Shown here: piece by piece, positions 18,793 to 27,970 of the stretch | Layout of the letters: every line of letters starts with the position of its first letter | Numbering within the stretch: the first letter of the stretch is position 1 | Assembly (NCBI RefSeq): GCF_000195855.1 | Contig: NC_002677.1 | Coordinates: 870,001-902,000, forward strand | Length of the DNA stretch: 32,000 nucleotides | Reading direction: 5' to 3' | DNA from: Mycobacterium leprae TN | Lineage (GTDB): Bacteria; Actinomycetota; Actinomycetes; Mycobacteriales; Mycobacteriaceae | Position numbers and translations under genes: made by a program | Notes under the pieces: generated by a model | Told to the model about the DNA's origin: nothing | What the model saw: only the letters and a program-made list of their open reading frames with translations | The model's database searches: none

Positions 18793-20970
18793 TTAGTCTA
18801 GACGGTAGCGGATTAGCCGGGAGCTGTTGGCCACCACCGCGACAGATGATGCGTTGTGTAGGACCGCAGCCAGTACGGGGGAGAGTGCCCCGCCCGCCCC
18901 AATAAATAACCCGGCTGCGTTGACAGCGATAGACATGCCGTAATTTTCGCGGATTACTTCCACAGCTCGCCCGCCCAGGTCTCGCACGTCGAGCAGGCGA
19001 TTGAGGTCGTCGTTGGCCAGTGCCACGTCGGCGGTTTCGACGGCGACGTCGGTTCCGGCCAGGCCCATGGCGATTCCGATATCGGCGGCCGCTAGTGCCG
19101 GGGCGTCATTGACGCCGTCCCCGACCATGCCGACGACGTAGCCTTCGTTCTGCAGATCGCGGACCACCTTGAGCTTGTCCTCGGGCATCACCTCGGCGCG
19201 CCACTCGTCGATGCCTAACTCGGTGGCGACGGCTTTGGCGATGTCTGGATGGTCCCCGGTGAGCATGACTATCCGCCGAACACCGCTGGCCCGCAGCTTC
19301 GTTAGCACCTCGGCTGCCTCAGGCCGCACTTCGTCGCGCAGACTGATCAGCCCTACCAGCGTGCCGTCTACCGCGAACAGCAGCGGTGTCTCCGTCTGGT
19401 GTCGAAGCTTGTCGACCCACTCCGATGCCGTCTTCGACACCTTGACCTTTTCGGCGCACAATAGCGACGGGCTGCCCAGCAGCAGAGTCCGGCCGTCAGC
19501 CCAGGTCCGCATTCCCAGACCCACCAGCACCTCGCACTCCTCGTGTGGCGGGATGCTGATGTGGCGTTCCTCGGTCGAACGGATCACCGCTTCGGCCAGT
19601 GGATGCCGAGAGTGGATTTCCGAGCTGGCCGCATACGCCAACACCTGCTCCGGAGACCAATCCTTATGCATGGCAACGATATTGGTGACCACAGGGCGAC
19701 CAACAGTCAGTGTCCCGGTTTTGTCGAACAAGATCGCGTCGACCCGGCCCGCCTGTTCGAGGTGGGATCCGCCCTTGATGAGGATGCCGCGGCGGGCGCC
19801 GTTGCCGATAGCGGCGCTAATTGCGGTCGGTGTGGCCAATCCCACCGCGCAGGGGCACGCGATCAACAGCACGGTCATTGTGCGGCGGACGTCTTTGGTG
19901 ATCGCCAACGTAATTGCCGAAACAACGAACGAGGTGGGCACAAAGCAGCGGGAGAAGTTTTCGCCGACGGTCTGGATGGGCGCCCTATCGTGTTGAGCCT
20001 CTTCGACTCGGGTGACAATGCGCCCGATCGTGGTGTGCTTGCCGACGGCACTAGCACGCACCATCAAGCGCCCGCGCACTACCACTGAACCGGCATGGAC
20101 GTGAGATCCGGCCATGACACTGACGGGCAGGTTTTCACCGGTGATTGCAGACTGATTGACAACTGCTTCGCCGTCGATGACTTCGCCGTCAACCGGTATC
20201 GCGACATGTTCGTGCACTACCACCTCGTCGCCGATCTGCACTGTGCCGATCGGCACCTGTATTTCGGTACCTGCTTGCGGTCCGTCGGTCAGGCGAATCC
20301 ACGCCGTGTCCTGGGTGCCACTTAAGAGTGCTGAGATTGCTCGTCGGGTCCTCCGCAACGTCAGATCCTGCAGGTATTCACCGATGTTGAGCAGCCACAG
20401 CACGGCCAGTGCCACCACGTTTTCACGCAGTATCAGGCTGGCAATGGTCGCCACTGAGACCAGCGCATCGGTGCCGGTCTTACCGAAGCGCAACGCGCCA
20501 CGCAGGAAGGGGTACCCGGTAAATATGGTTACGCCGCTGGCGACGAGCCGACTGGTCGTCGGCAGCAGCAGCGGACGCGCGAACACATAGCGGCGCACGC
20601 CAAGCAGCGTCAGTGCCGCAGCACCGATCGCCATACGAAGCACCTCGATGTTGCGGATATCGGACGAATGCGGTGCGCGGGTGGGGATTAGTTCCGCGGC
20701 CACGTGTGCTGCACCGCTGATCGCTGCCAGTATCGATTGGCGATCACAGCACCGGGGCGAGTACCAGACGACGACGGACCCGGTGCGCGGGTAGGCATGA
20801 ACGACCCGCACACCGTTGCACTTGGCTATCGCTTCTTCGACCGTCACAGCGCGTCGGGGGTTTGAGCGGACCCACTCGATTTGAATCCGCATCCGCCCGG
20901 CCGCATCAGAAACCACTACGAAGGCCGGATTGTCAGCTGTTGCGATCTGTTCAGCCATCGCAAGGGTCAT
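18793..20970 (-). CDS. ctpC: Metal cation-transporting P-type ATPase CtpC
   Basis: 725-aa intact ORF; CPCAVGLATPTAISA, FDKTGTLTVGRPV, MLTGDHPDIAKAVA, GMVGDGVNDAPALAAADIG. Confidence 0.97.
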   Translation of the reverse strand: MTLAMAEQIATADNPAFVVVSDAAGRMRIQIEWVRSNPRRAVTVEEAIAKCNGVRVVHAYPRTGSVVVWYSPRCCDRQSILAAISGAAHVAAELIPTRAPHSSDIRNIEVLRMAIGAAALTLLGVRRYVFARPLLLPTTSRLVASGVTIFTGYPFLRGALRFGKTGTDALVSVATIASLILRENVVALAVLWLLNIGEYLQDLTLRRTRRAISALLSGTQDTAWIRLTDGPQAGTEIQVPIGTVQIGDEVVVHEHVAIPVDGEVIDGEAVVNQSAITGENLPVSVMAGSHVHAGSVVVRGRLMVRASAVGKHTTIGRIVTRVEEAQHDRAPIQTVGENFSRCFVPTSFVVSAITLAITKDVRRTMTVLLIACPCAVGLATPTAISAAIGNGARRGILIKGGSHLEQAGRVDAILFDKTGTLTVGRPVVTNIVAMHKDWSPEQVLAYAASSEIHSRHPLAEAVIRSTEERHISIPPHEECEVLVGLGMRTWADGRTLLLGSPSLLCAEKVKVSKTASEWVDKLRHQTETPLLFAVDGTLVGLISLRDEVRPEAAEVLTKLRASGVRRIVMLTGDHPDIAKAVATELGIDEWRAEVMPEDKLKVVRDLQNEGYVVGMVGDGVNDAPALAAADIGIAMGLAGTDVAVETADVALANDDLNRLLDVRDLGGRAVEVIRENYGMSIAVNAAGLFIGAGGALSPVLAAVLHNASSVAVVANSSRLIRYRLD

Positions 20971-20980
20971 GTCAAGCAGC

Positions 20981-21259
20981 TCAATGGTCGTGCTGGTGGA
21001 TGTCGCTGACGGCCGGCGCCGTCGTTTCTTTGCCGATGCGTTCGCGGGCTTCGGCCATTACGTCGGCAAGTTTAAGCCTGGCCGACTCTGCGGCCTCTTC
21101 GGCCTTGCGGCTGCCGCGCAGCCCCAGCTCTAAGGCCGAGACCGCGATTTGGTGCAGCGGTACTTTGGTAACGGCCTTGCGCAACATCTCGTAGGCGGTT
21201 ACTCCGGTCAAGCCGGTGATTACCATGGTTGCTGCCTTCGCCAATAGTCCTTGCACCAT
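20981..21259 (-). CDS. Small conserved protein upstream of ctpC (Rv3269-like), His-rich C-terminus
   Basis: ORF 20981..21367; conserved part MVQGLLAKAATMVITGLTGVTAYEMLRKAV starts at ATG 21259 (92 aa); ends ...PAVSDIHQHDH. Confidence 0.85.
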   Translation of the reverse strand: MVQGLLAKAATMVITGLTGVTAYEMLRKAVTKVPLHQIAVSALELGLRGSRKAEEAAESARLKLADVMAEARERIGKETTAPAVSDIHQHDH

Positions 21260-21404
21260 TGCTCGAACCTTACCTATTGGTTTGTTGTTTCTAGCGTGAC
21301 ATGTTGGCACCGCGTCAGCTGATGCTCCCGTGAGATTAACATGTAAATATTGTGATATAAATATCAATTGCAGTGGCTTGGTTGGTTAGTTAAGATTGTC
21401 CATC

Positions 21405-22060
21405 TCAAAGTATCTGGGTGACCTTTTCGGTCTTAATCCTACGCTGCAGTATCGCCGGGTCGGGGTTAGCGACCTGTACTAATGACGCGCCGACGGGCAT
21501 GACCGCCAACAGGCCAATTATCAAATCAGTGGATCTTTCCCACGACGCGGTGGAAAGCACCCGGTCGCGCGACGTCAACCCCCTTGCCGTCACGGACTTT
21601 TCACAGTCAGCCAGGATCTCCTCGACTGATTGGCCGGCAAGAGTGGGACCGGGGTGGCGTTCGGGAACTAGCTGATCGCTGTGCATCCGCACTGTGGTCG
21701 CGTAGTCGGTGACTCCGACCAGCAGGCCGGGGTTGTCTGGCCGAATGGGTCGAGCAACAACACCGCCACCTCGCCGTCGGGAGCTGTGCTGGCTAGGGCC
21801 TCGTGCAGCCGTTCAGCGGTGCACAGCGCGAGGTCGGCTGTCGGGTCGGCTGGGCCTAGGAGTGTTTCGGCGCCGATCCACCACGCCCCGAACAAAACAG
21901 CCAACATCTTGTTGCCAGTCTTGGCTGCCCAGTTGGCCAGGGTTGCTGCGGACAATTCGATGCGCTCGCTAGTGGCATCGTCGTAGTAGGTGATCCGCGG
22001 ACCGACCGAGTCGGCCCTCAGCATCGGGTTCAGAATCGCCTCGCTCAGCGTTGTTTGTGT
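21405..22060 (-). pseudogene. Rv3268-like (TIGR03089 family) gene, frameshifted
   Basis: Two ORFs in different frames: DSVGPRITYYDDATSERIELSAATLANWAAKTGN..LFGAWWIGAETLL..DGEVAVLLLDPFGQTTP and LLVGVTDYATTVRMHSDQLVPERHPGPTLAGQS...RDRVLSTASWERSTDLIIGLLAVMPVGASLVQVANPDPAILQRRIKTEKVTQIL. Confidence 0.85.
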
Positions 22061-22062
22061 GT

Positions 22063-23532
22063 TCAGTTGATGCACTCGGGTTGGTCAGAGCCGGCGGTAA
22101 GGATCGGCGATGGCACCGGGATGTTGGGGTCAGCCGAAGCACCGGGGTTTGATGCATAGTCTGACGCTATCGAACCGTTACCGAAAAGCCCAGAGCCCGG
22201 ACCAGTGTAGTCGTTGGCCAATATTACTAGCACCGATCCTGCGGGGATCGATCCATCGACGACTATGGGTAACCCGCCCAGTTCCTTAGAGACCTTCTGG
22301 GCTCCGAGGTCGTCAGACTTCGCAGCACGCACCTGGCTGCTTTTCACATGGCTTCCTTGATTGTTGGCCACGGAGCCGGCAATAAAACCCTTGGTGGTCA
22401 ATATATCTGATACCGCCGCGGCCAGTCCGTTGATGTCGGTGTCATTGGCCACGTTAGCGGTGATCTTGGCGGGTGTGTAGGCCAGCTCGTCGGTTTTGTC
22501 TTGGGCTTGGTTATGCAACAGTCCACTAACGAAGTTTTGAACCTGGTGCGGGTCTACCCGCACAACGCTTTGCATGCCGTCGTCGCTCCACCCGGTCTCG
22601 TCGAGTACCGGAATGGTGGCGAAGGCGACTTTGCGATCTGCCAGACTTTGTAACTGCTTTAGGAAGTCCATCAGGTTCCATCCTGAGGAAATCACTACCG
22701 AACGCTGGATGGCCTGCTCGAGATGTTTTATTGTGGATGGGTTGGATAGGGTTTGTCCGGAGATGACCCGGTGGACTAGCGAGGCCATCACCGCCTGCTG
22801 ACGCACCACCCGGTCCAGGTCACCGCGGGGCAGCTCATGACGTTGGCGGACGAAGCTCAGCGCCTGCGGACCATTCAGCTTCTGCCTGCCGGCCGGAAAG
22901 TCGGCACCCGACATTGGCTCAAACACTGCATCTTTGAGACAGACGTCGACGCCACCGAGCGCGTCAACGATCAATGCGAAACCGAGTAAACCGATTTCGG
23001 CATAGTGGTCGACGGTGACGCCGGTGAGATCGGCGACCGTCTTGATCAGGGCCTCACGACCGGCTTCGGTGCCTTGCGCCGCGGCATCTTCGGCGGAATC
23101 ACCGGTCCGGACGAGGCTCGCTCGCTTGGCCTCCCTGGTCTGACCGTAGACGCCGTTGATCTTCGCCTTGCCCAGGCCGGGAGCTTGCACGTAGGAGTCC
23201 CGAGGAATCGAGATCGCGGTCGCCGACTTCCCGTTGTTGGGTATACGGATCAGGATGATCGTGTCGGTGTTGGTGGCCTCTTCGTCGCCAGCCCGCAGTG
23301 TCGCCAGCTCCTCGGCCGACAGCGGGTTGCCGTAGGCATCGGTACGGCTGTCCAAACCGACCAACAGAATATCGATAGCGCCGTCGTTGCCGCCCTTGCC
23401 CAGTGAGGGAGCGGACATGTGGAAGATGCCGTCTTCGAATGACCGGAAGCTAGTCCACGTGATCCCGGTCCCCAGAACGATAGCAAGGGTTAGCGCAGTG
23501 ACAACCGCACGAACCACACGTTGCACAGGCAT
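22063..23532 (-). CDS. LytR-CpsA-Psr family cell-wall ligase (Rv3267-like)
   Basis: 489-aa ORF; N-terminal TM; DILLVGLDSRTDAYGNPL, TNTDTIILIRIPNNGKSATAISIPRDSYV, KINGVYG, GGVDVCLKDAVFE, LSFVRQRHELPRGDLDRVVRQQAV; C-terminal LytR_C domain. Confidence 0.94.
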   Translation of the reverse strand: MPVQRVVRAVVTALTLAIVLGTGITWTSFRSFEDGIFHMSAPSLGKGGNDGAIDILLVGLDSRTDAYGNPLSAEELATLRAGDEEATNTDTIILIRIPNNGKSATAISIPRDSYVQAPGLGKAKINGVYGQTREAKRASLVRTGDSAEDAAAQGTEAGREALIKTVADLTGVTVDHYAEIGLLGFALIVDALGGVDVCLKDAVFEPMSGADFPAGRQKLNGPQALSFVRQRHELPRGDLDRVVRQQAVMASLVHRVISGQTLSNPSTIKHLEQAIQRSVVISSGWNLMDFLKQLQSLADRKVAFATIPVLDETGWSDDGMQSVVRVDPHQVQNFVSGLLHNQAQDKTDELAYTPAKITANVANDTDINGLAAAVSDILTTKGFIAGSVANNQGSHVKSSQVRAAKSDDLGAQKVSKELGGLPIVVDGSIPAGSVLVILANDYTGPGSGLFGNGSIASDYASNPGASADPNIPVPSPILTAGSDQPECIN

Positions 23533-23620
23533 CCCACTAGGTTACTTGTGATATAGCAGCTTGCCGGGTAGCCCAGCCGTGGCGTGGCCCGAGCTTTCTA
23601 AGGCATGCCAGACTCGAACC

Positions 23621-24556
23621 GTGTCGGACAGGTCAGGCAGACTAGTGATTACCGGTGCCGGTGGGCAGCTTGGCAGCGCTCTAGCGGCGCAGGCCACCGC
23701 TGCGGGCCGGGACGTGCTAGCGTTGACCTCGTCGCAATGGGATATTACCGATGCCGCGGTCGCCGAACGGATGGGGCGCAGCGCCCTCAAAAAAAATGAT
23801 GTCGTGGTGAACTGTGCGGCCTACACCAATGTAGACGGCGCCGAAAGCAACGAGTTGGCCGCGTATGCGGTCAATGCTACCGGTCCGGAGTATATCGCGC
23901 GTGCCTGCCGGTGCGCCGGCGCTGCCCTGATTCACGTCTCAACCGACTATGTGTTCAGTGGTGATTTCGGCTCGGGCGCTAATAGGGTTGCTCCGCGTCC
24001 GTATGAGCCTACGGATGAAACTGGGCCGCTGGGGGTGTACGGACGCAGCAAACTTGCTGGTGAGCAGGCCGTACTGGCAGCGATGCCCGAGGCCACCGTG
24101 GTCCGGACCGCCTGGGTCTACACCGGCGGGACCGGCAAGGATTTCGTCGCTGTCATGCGACGCTTGGCTGCTGGGGACGGCCCGGTGTACGTGGTTGATG
24201 ATCAGATCGGCTCGCCGACCTATGTTGTCGATCTGGCTGCCGCACTGCTGCAGGTCGCCGACGGCAGTGTGCATGGGTCCGTCCTACACGCCGCCAACGA
24301 GGGGGAGGTTTCACGATTCGGCCAAGCCCGCGCCGTGTTCGAAGAATGCGGCGCTGACCCGCTGCAAGTGCAACCCGTTAGCACCGCCCAAAACCCGCGT
24401 TCGGCGGCCCGGCCGGCCTATTCCGCGCTATCTGGTCGACAGTCCGTCGCGGCTGGCTTAACGCCGCTAAGGCCCTGGCGCAGCGCACTTGTCGAGGCAC
24501 TCGCGGTATCTCGCAGCCTCCCGGTCGATCGACCGTTACCCTCTACGCGTGACTGA
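23621..24556 (+). CDS. rmlD: dTDP-4-dehydrorhamnose reductase RmlD
   Basis: ORF 23561..24556; likely GTG start 23621 (VSDRSGRLVITGAGGQLGSALAAQ); HVSTDYVFSGDFG, GVYGRSKLAGEQAVL. Confidence 0.94.
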   Translation: MSDRSGRLVITGAGGQLGSALAAQATAAGRDVLALTSSQWDITDAAVAERMGRSALKKNDVVVNCAAYTNVDGAESNELAAYAVNATGPEYIARACRCAGAALIHVSTDYVFSGDFGSGANRVAPRPYEPTDETGPLGVYGRSKLAGEQAVLAAMPEATVVRTAWVYTGGTGKDFVAVMRRLAAGDGPVYVVDDQIGSPTYVVDLAAALLQVADGSVHGSVLHAANEGEVSRFGQARAVFEECGADPLQVQPVSTAQNPRSAARPAYSALSGRQSVAAGLTPLRPWRSALVEALAVSRSLPVDRPLPSTRD

Positions 24557-25475
24557 CGTGCTGCCCGTCGTCGCGGTGACTTACTCGCCGGGACCGCACT
24601 TGGAGCGTTTTCTGGCTTCGTTAGCATTGGCCACTGACCGCCCGGTGAGCGTGGTGTTGGCCGACAACGGGTCCACTGACGGGACACCGCAGGTGGCGGT
24701 CGAACGTTACGTCAATGTTCGGTTGTTTGAGACCGGGGCCAACCTCGGGTACGGAACCGCTGCGAATCTCGCTATCGCACAGTTTTTTGAGGAGGGCGGG
24801 GCAACCGGCCAACCTTGGGTCGATGATTGGGTGATTGTGGCCAACCCTGACGTGCAATGGGGTCCGGGCAGTATCGACGCTCTGCTGGACGCCGCCGCCC
24901 GATGGCCCCGCGCGGGGGCCCTGGGCCCGCTGATTCGTGATCCCGACGGGTCGGTGTATCCGTCCGCGCGTCATTTACCAAGCTTGGTTCGCGGTGGCAT
25001 GCACGCAGTGTTGGGGCCGGTTTGGCCACGCAATCCGTGGACAGCTGCCTACCGCCAGGAACGGCTCGAGCTCACCGAACGGCCGGTGGGCTGGCTGTCG
25101 GGTTCGTGTCTGCTAGTGCGGCGTTCGGCTTTCCGTGAGGTCGGTGGCTTCGACGAGCGCTACTTCATGTACATGGAGGACGTCGACTTGGGGGACCGGC
25201 TCGGCAAAGCTGGTTGGCTAAGCGTCTATGTGCCGTCGGCCGAAGTGCTGCATCACAAGGGCCACTCCACCGGACGTGACCCGGTAAGCCATTTGGCGGC
25301 CCACCACAAAAGCACCTATATCTTCTTGGCTGATCGACATTCTGGTTGGTGGCGAGCCCCGCTGCGCTGGATGCTGCGTGGCTCGTTGGTGGTGCGTTCT
25401 CGCCTGATGGTGCGTAGTTCGCGTCGTAAACAGGCTGCGAAGCAGGCCAGGCAACTGGCAGAAGGGCGACGTTGA
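24549..25475 (+). CDS. wbbL: Rhamnosyltransferase WbbL (GT2 family)
   Basis: ORF 24489..25475; GTG start at 24549 (VTDVLPVVAVTYSPGPHLERFLASLAL) overlapping rmlD stop; VVLADNGSTDGTP, GWLSGSCLLVRRSAFREVGGFDERYFMYMEDVDLGDRLGKAGW. Confidence 0.93.
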   Translation: MTDVLPVVAVTYSPGPHLERFLASLALATDRPVSVVLADNGSTDGTPQVAVERYVNVRLFETGANLGYGTAANLAIAQFFEEGGATGQPWVDDWVIVANPDVQWGPGSIDALLDAAARWPRAGALGPLIRDPDGSVYPSARHLPSLVRGGMHAVLGPVWPRNPWTAAYRQERLELTERPVGWLSGSCLLVRRSAFREVGGFDERYFMYMEDVDLGDRLGKAGWLSVYVPSAEVLHHKGHSTGRDPVSHLAAHHKSTYIFLADRHSGWWRAPLRWMLRGSLVVRSRLMVRSSRRKQAAKQARQLAEGRR

Positions 25476-25476
25476 G

Positions 25477-26553
25477 TTGGCAACCTTGCAAGTCGATGCG
25501 GTGGTCCTGGTCGGCGGCAAGGGCACCCGGCTGCGGCCGCTGACCTTGTCTGCGCCCAAGCCCATGCTGCCCACCGCCGGGTTGCCGTTTCTTACTCATC
25601 TGCTGTCGCGGATCGCTGCGGCGGGCATTGAGCACGTGATTCTGAGTACCTCATATCGGGACGCAGTGTTTGAGGCGGAGTTCGGCGATGGGTCCAAGCT
25701 GGGCCTGCAAATCGACTACGTGATTGAGGAGTCTCCGCTGGGAACTGGAGGTGGTATCGCCAACGTCATCGATCAGCTGCGTCACGACACCGTCATGGTG
25801 TTCAACGGCGATGTGTTGTCCGGTGTTGACCTCGGGCAGTTGCTGGGATTCCAACGAACCAACTTCGCTGACGTCACTTTGCACCTGGTGCGAGTGGGTG
25901 ACCCACGGGCTTTCGGTTGTGTGTCCACCGAAGATGGTCGAGTTACCGCCTTTCTGGAGAAAACGCAAGATCCGCCTACCGACCAGATTAACGCCGGCTG
26001 TTACGTCTTCGAGCGCAATGTTATCGACCGGATTCCTCGAGGCCGTGAGGTATCGGTTGAACGCGAGGTGTTCCCGACCCTACTCTCCGACGCCGACGTT
26101 AAGGTCTGTGGTTACGTTGATGCCACGTATTGGCGGGACATGGGTACCCCAGAAGACTTTGTTCGCGGGTCGGCGGATCTGGTGCGCGGCATTGCCCCAT
26201 CACCGGCCTTGGGCGGCCACCGCGGCGAGCACTTAGTGCATGACGGTGCGGCGGTGTCTCCTGGTGCGGTGCTGATCGGCGGCACGGTTGTTGGGCGTGG
26301 TGCTGAGATCGGCCCCGGTGTCCGGTTAGACGGAGCGGTGATTTTTGACGGGGCCAAGGTTGAGGCCGGCAGTGTGATCGAGCGCTCGATCCTCGGCTTC
26401 GGTGTCCGCATTGGGCCGCGGGCACTGATACGCGACGGTGTAATTGGAGACGGCGCTGATATCGGTGCGCGTTGTGAGTTGTTGCGTGGTGCTCGAGTGT
26501 GGCCCGGTGTTTCGATTCCCGACGGCGGGATTCGTTACTCCTCCGATGTCTAG
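25477..26553 (+). CDS. manB: Mannose-1-phosphate guanylyltransferase (Rv3264c orthologue, named manB/manC/rmlA2)
   Basis: 358-aa ORF; AVVLVGGKGTRLRPLTLSAPKPMLPTAG, FNGDVLSG, hexapeptide left-handed helix C-terminus. Confidence 0.93.
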   Translation: MATLQVDAVVLVGGKGTRLRPLTLSAPKPMLPTAGLPFLTHLLSRIAAAGIEHVILSTSYRDAVFEAEFGDGSKLGLQIDYVIEESPLGTGGGIANVIDQLRHDTVMVFNGDVLSGVDLGQLLGFQRTNFADVTLHLVRVGDPRAFGCVSTEDGRVTAFLEKTQDPPTDQINAGCYVFERNVIDRIPRGREVSVEREVFPTLLSDADVKVCGYVDATYWRDMGTPEDFVRGSADLVRGIAPSPALGGHRGEHLVHDGAAVSPGAVLIGGTVVGRGAEIGPGVRLDGAVIFDGAKVEAGSVIERSILGFGVRIGPRALIRDGVIGDGADIGARCELLRGARVWPGVSIPDGGIRYSSDV

Positions 26554-26658
26554 CTTCTTGGGCATCGAAATCGACGCTACCGGGATGACTACTCGAACTT
26601 TTCCGCGCTGACGTCGATCTCCGGTGCTCATGTCGGTGGGCTAGACGACGATCGGTGC

Positions 26659-27478
26659 CTGGGGGAAGTCTTCATTGGTAGTGAAGCGGTCGATGCCGGT
26701 GCGCTGAATGACTACCTGCTACGCAGGTGGTGCCGGACGATCTTTCGTGACGTTTACATACCGCAGTGGGACGAGAGGATCGCATTTGTATTTTGTGGAA
26801 CCTTGCTGTGGTCGCGCCGGCAGGCGGCCGATCGCAAGTGTTTTAGCATGGGCGTTTGCATGGTGCACAGTGGGTTGGCGCAGACACGACGATTGAATTC
26901 GTCACAAACAGCGCCCGGACCTAGCGTGGACTGATCGTTCGCAACGAATTGCTCGACGCCGATGAAGCGAGCACCATCAGGCGGCTTCCAGTCACCGGGG
27001 TTGCCCCCACACCGCTTTCGACCTCGACCGCCCATGTGGCACGCATGAGCGCGACTCCACTCGCTCATGCGTGCCACATCGTTCGCTTTCGAATATTGGC
27101 AAAACGACACCGCGGTGCTCGTGAAGTGCAAAGGCCAGCGGAGGTGCTGCCCTTAGTGGACAGTGGCGTGGCCTCGCCGAAGGCAAGCTGGTTGTGGTTG
27201 TTTCTTATTGACGCCGGTATATCGAAACCAACTACTTAGATTCCGGTTTACGACGATTGGTGACTTATTCGGTGTCTTAGAAATGGGTTGGGAGGATTAC
27301 TTGGTCGCTGCGGAGTATAACGGCAACCAACACCGCACCGACCGAAAGTAACATCTCAAGGAGATCAGGCGATTGGCGAAGTTTGCTGACCTAGGCTGGA
27401 TTGTGATCCGTGTGATCGCCGAGGACAAGCGACGACGTCCTCAACCGCGTCCTTCAAGCGTTGGTTCGCCGTGGCTAA
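26659..27478 (+). pseudogene. AbiEi-like HTH / DUF559 (VSR-like endonuclease fold) family protein, pseudogene
   Basis: GEVFIGSEAVDAGALNDYLLRRWCRTIFRDVYIPQWDE..LLWSRRQAA; LDADEASTIRRLPVTGVAPTPLSTSTAHVARM; MGWEDYLVAAEYNGNQHRTDRK*HLKEIRRLAKFADLGWIVIRVIAED; DVLNRVLQALVRRG* ending 27478. Frameshifts plus in-frame TAA at 27348. Confidence 0.75.
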
Positions 27479-27479
27479 C

Positions 27480-27960
27480 ACCGAGATCGGCGTTAGCGTG
27501 ACCTCCTCGCACTTTTCCGCGCCACTGTCAATTTCGGCCGCAAGGCTTCGGCTGGCCACCACCTTAAGGCCTCCGATTCGTCGCTGACCACGATGTGCAC
27601 GCCGTCTAGCGCGTGCGCCACGAATTGCAAATCCAGATGACGGGTTGGTTCGCTTAGCGAGCAGGTTACCGGGTGGACGTGAATTGTGGTTAGTTCGGGC
27701 GTGATCCGCAGATCGGCCACGCCAGACTCTTTGGTGGCCTCGCGCAGTGCCACGGCGACGCGGTCTTCGTCGTGCCCGGCCAGCTGGACTCAGCGGCCAA
27801 GATACGGGAGCACCCTGGCTGGCGGTGTCGTTGAGCACCAACGACTAAGCGGTGACGTGATCAGGGGACGCACCCTCGGCGGCACGTGCCGGGTTGACTG
27901 TGGATAAAGGCCAGTGCCGCATCCAGCCACGATATCCTGGACCGGATTAGGCTTTGTCAG
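27480..27960 (-). pseudogene. NUDIX hydrolase pseudogene
   Basis: SWLDAALAFIHSQPGT; ARAAEGASPDHVTA*SLVLNDTAS; LAGHDEDRVAVALREATKESGVADLRITPELTTIHVHPVTCSLSEPTRHLDLQFVAHALDG..VVSDESEALRWW. Nudix-box-like REATKESG; frameshifts and stop. Confidence 0.78.
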
Positions 27961-27970
27961 TCGGTGAGGA

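Noticed and set aside
19169-19996. 275-aa plus-strand ORF antisense to ctpC
   Set aside because: Ser/Arg-rich shadow ORF opposite an intact P-type ATPase.
24621-25029. Antisense ORFs (minus strand) opposite wbbL
   Set aside because: Shadow ORFs of a well-supported glycosyltransferase.
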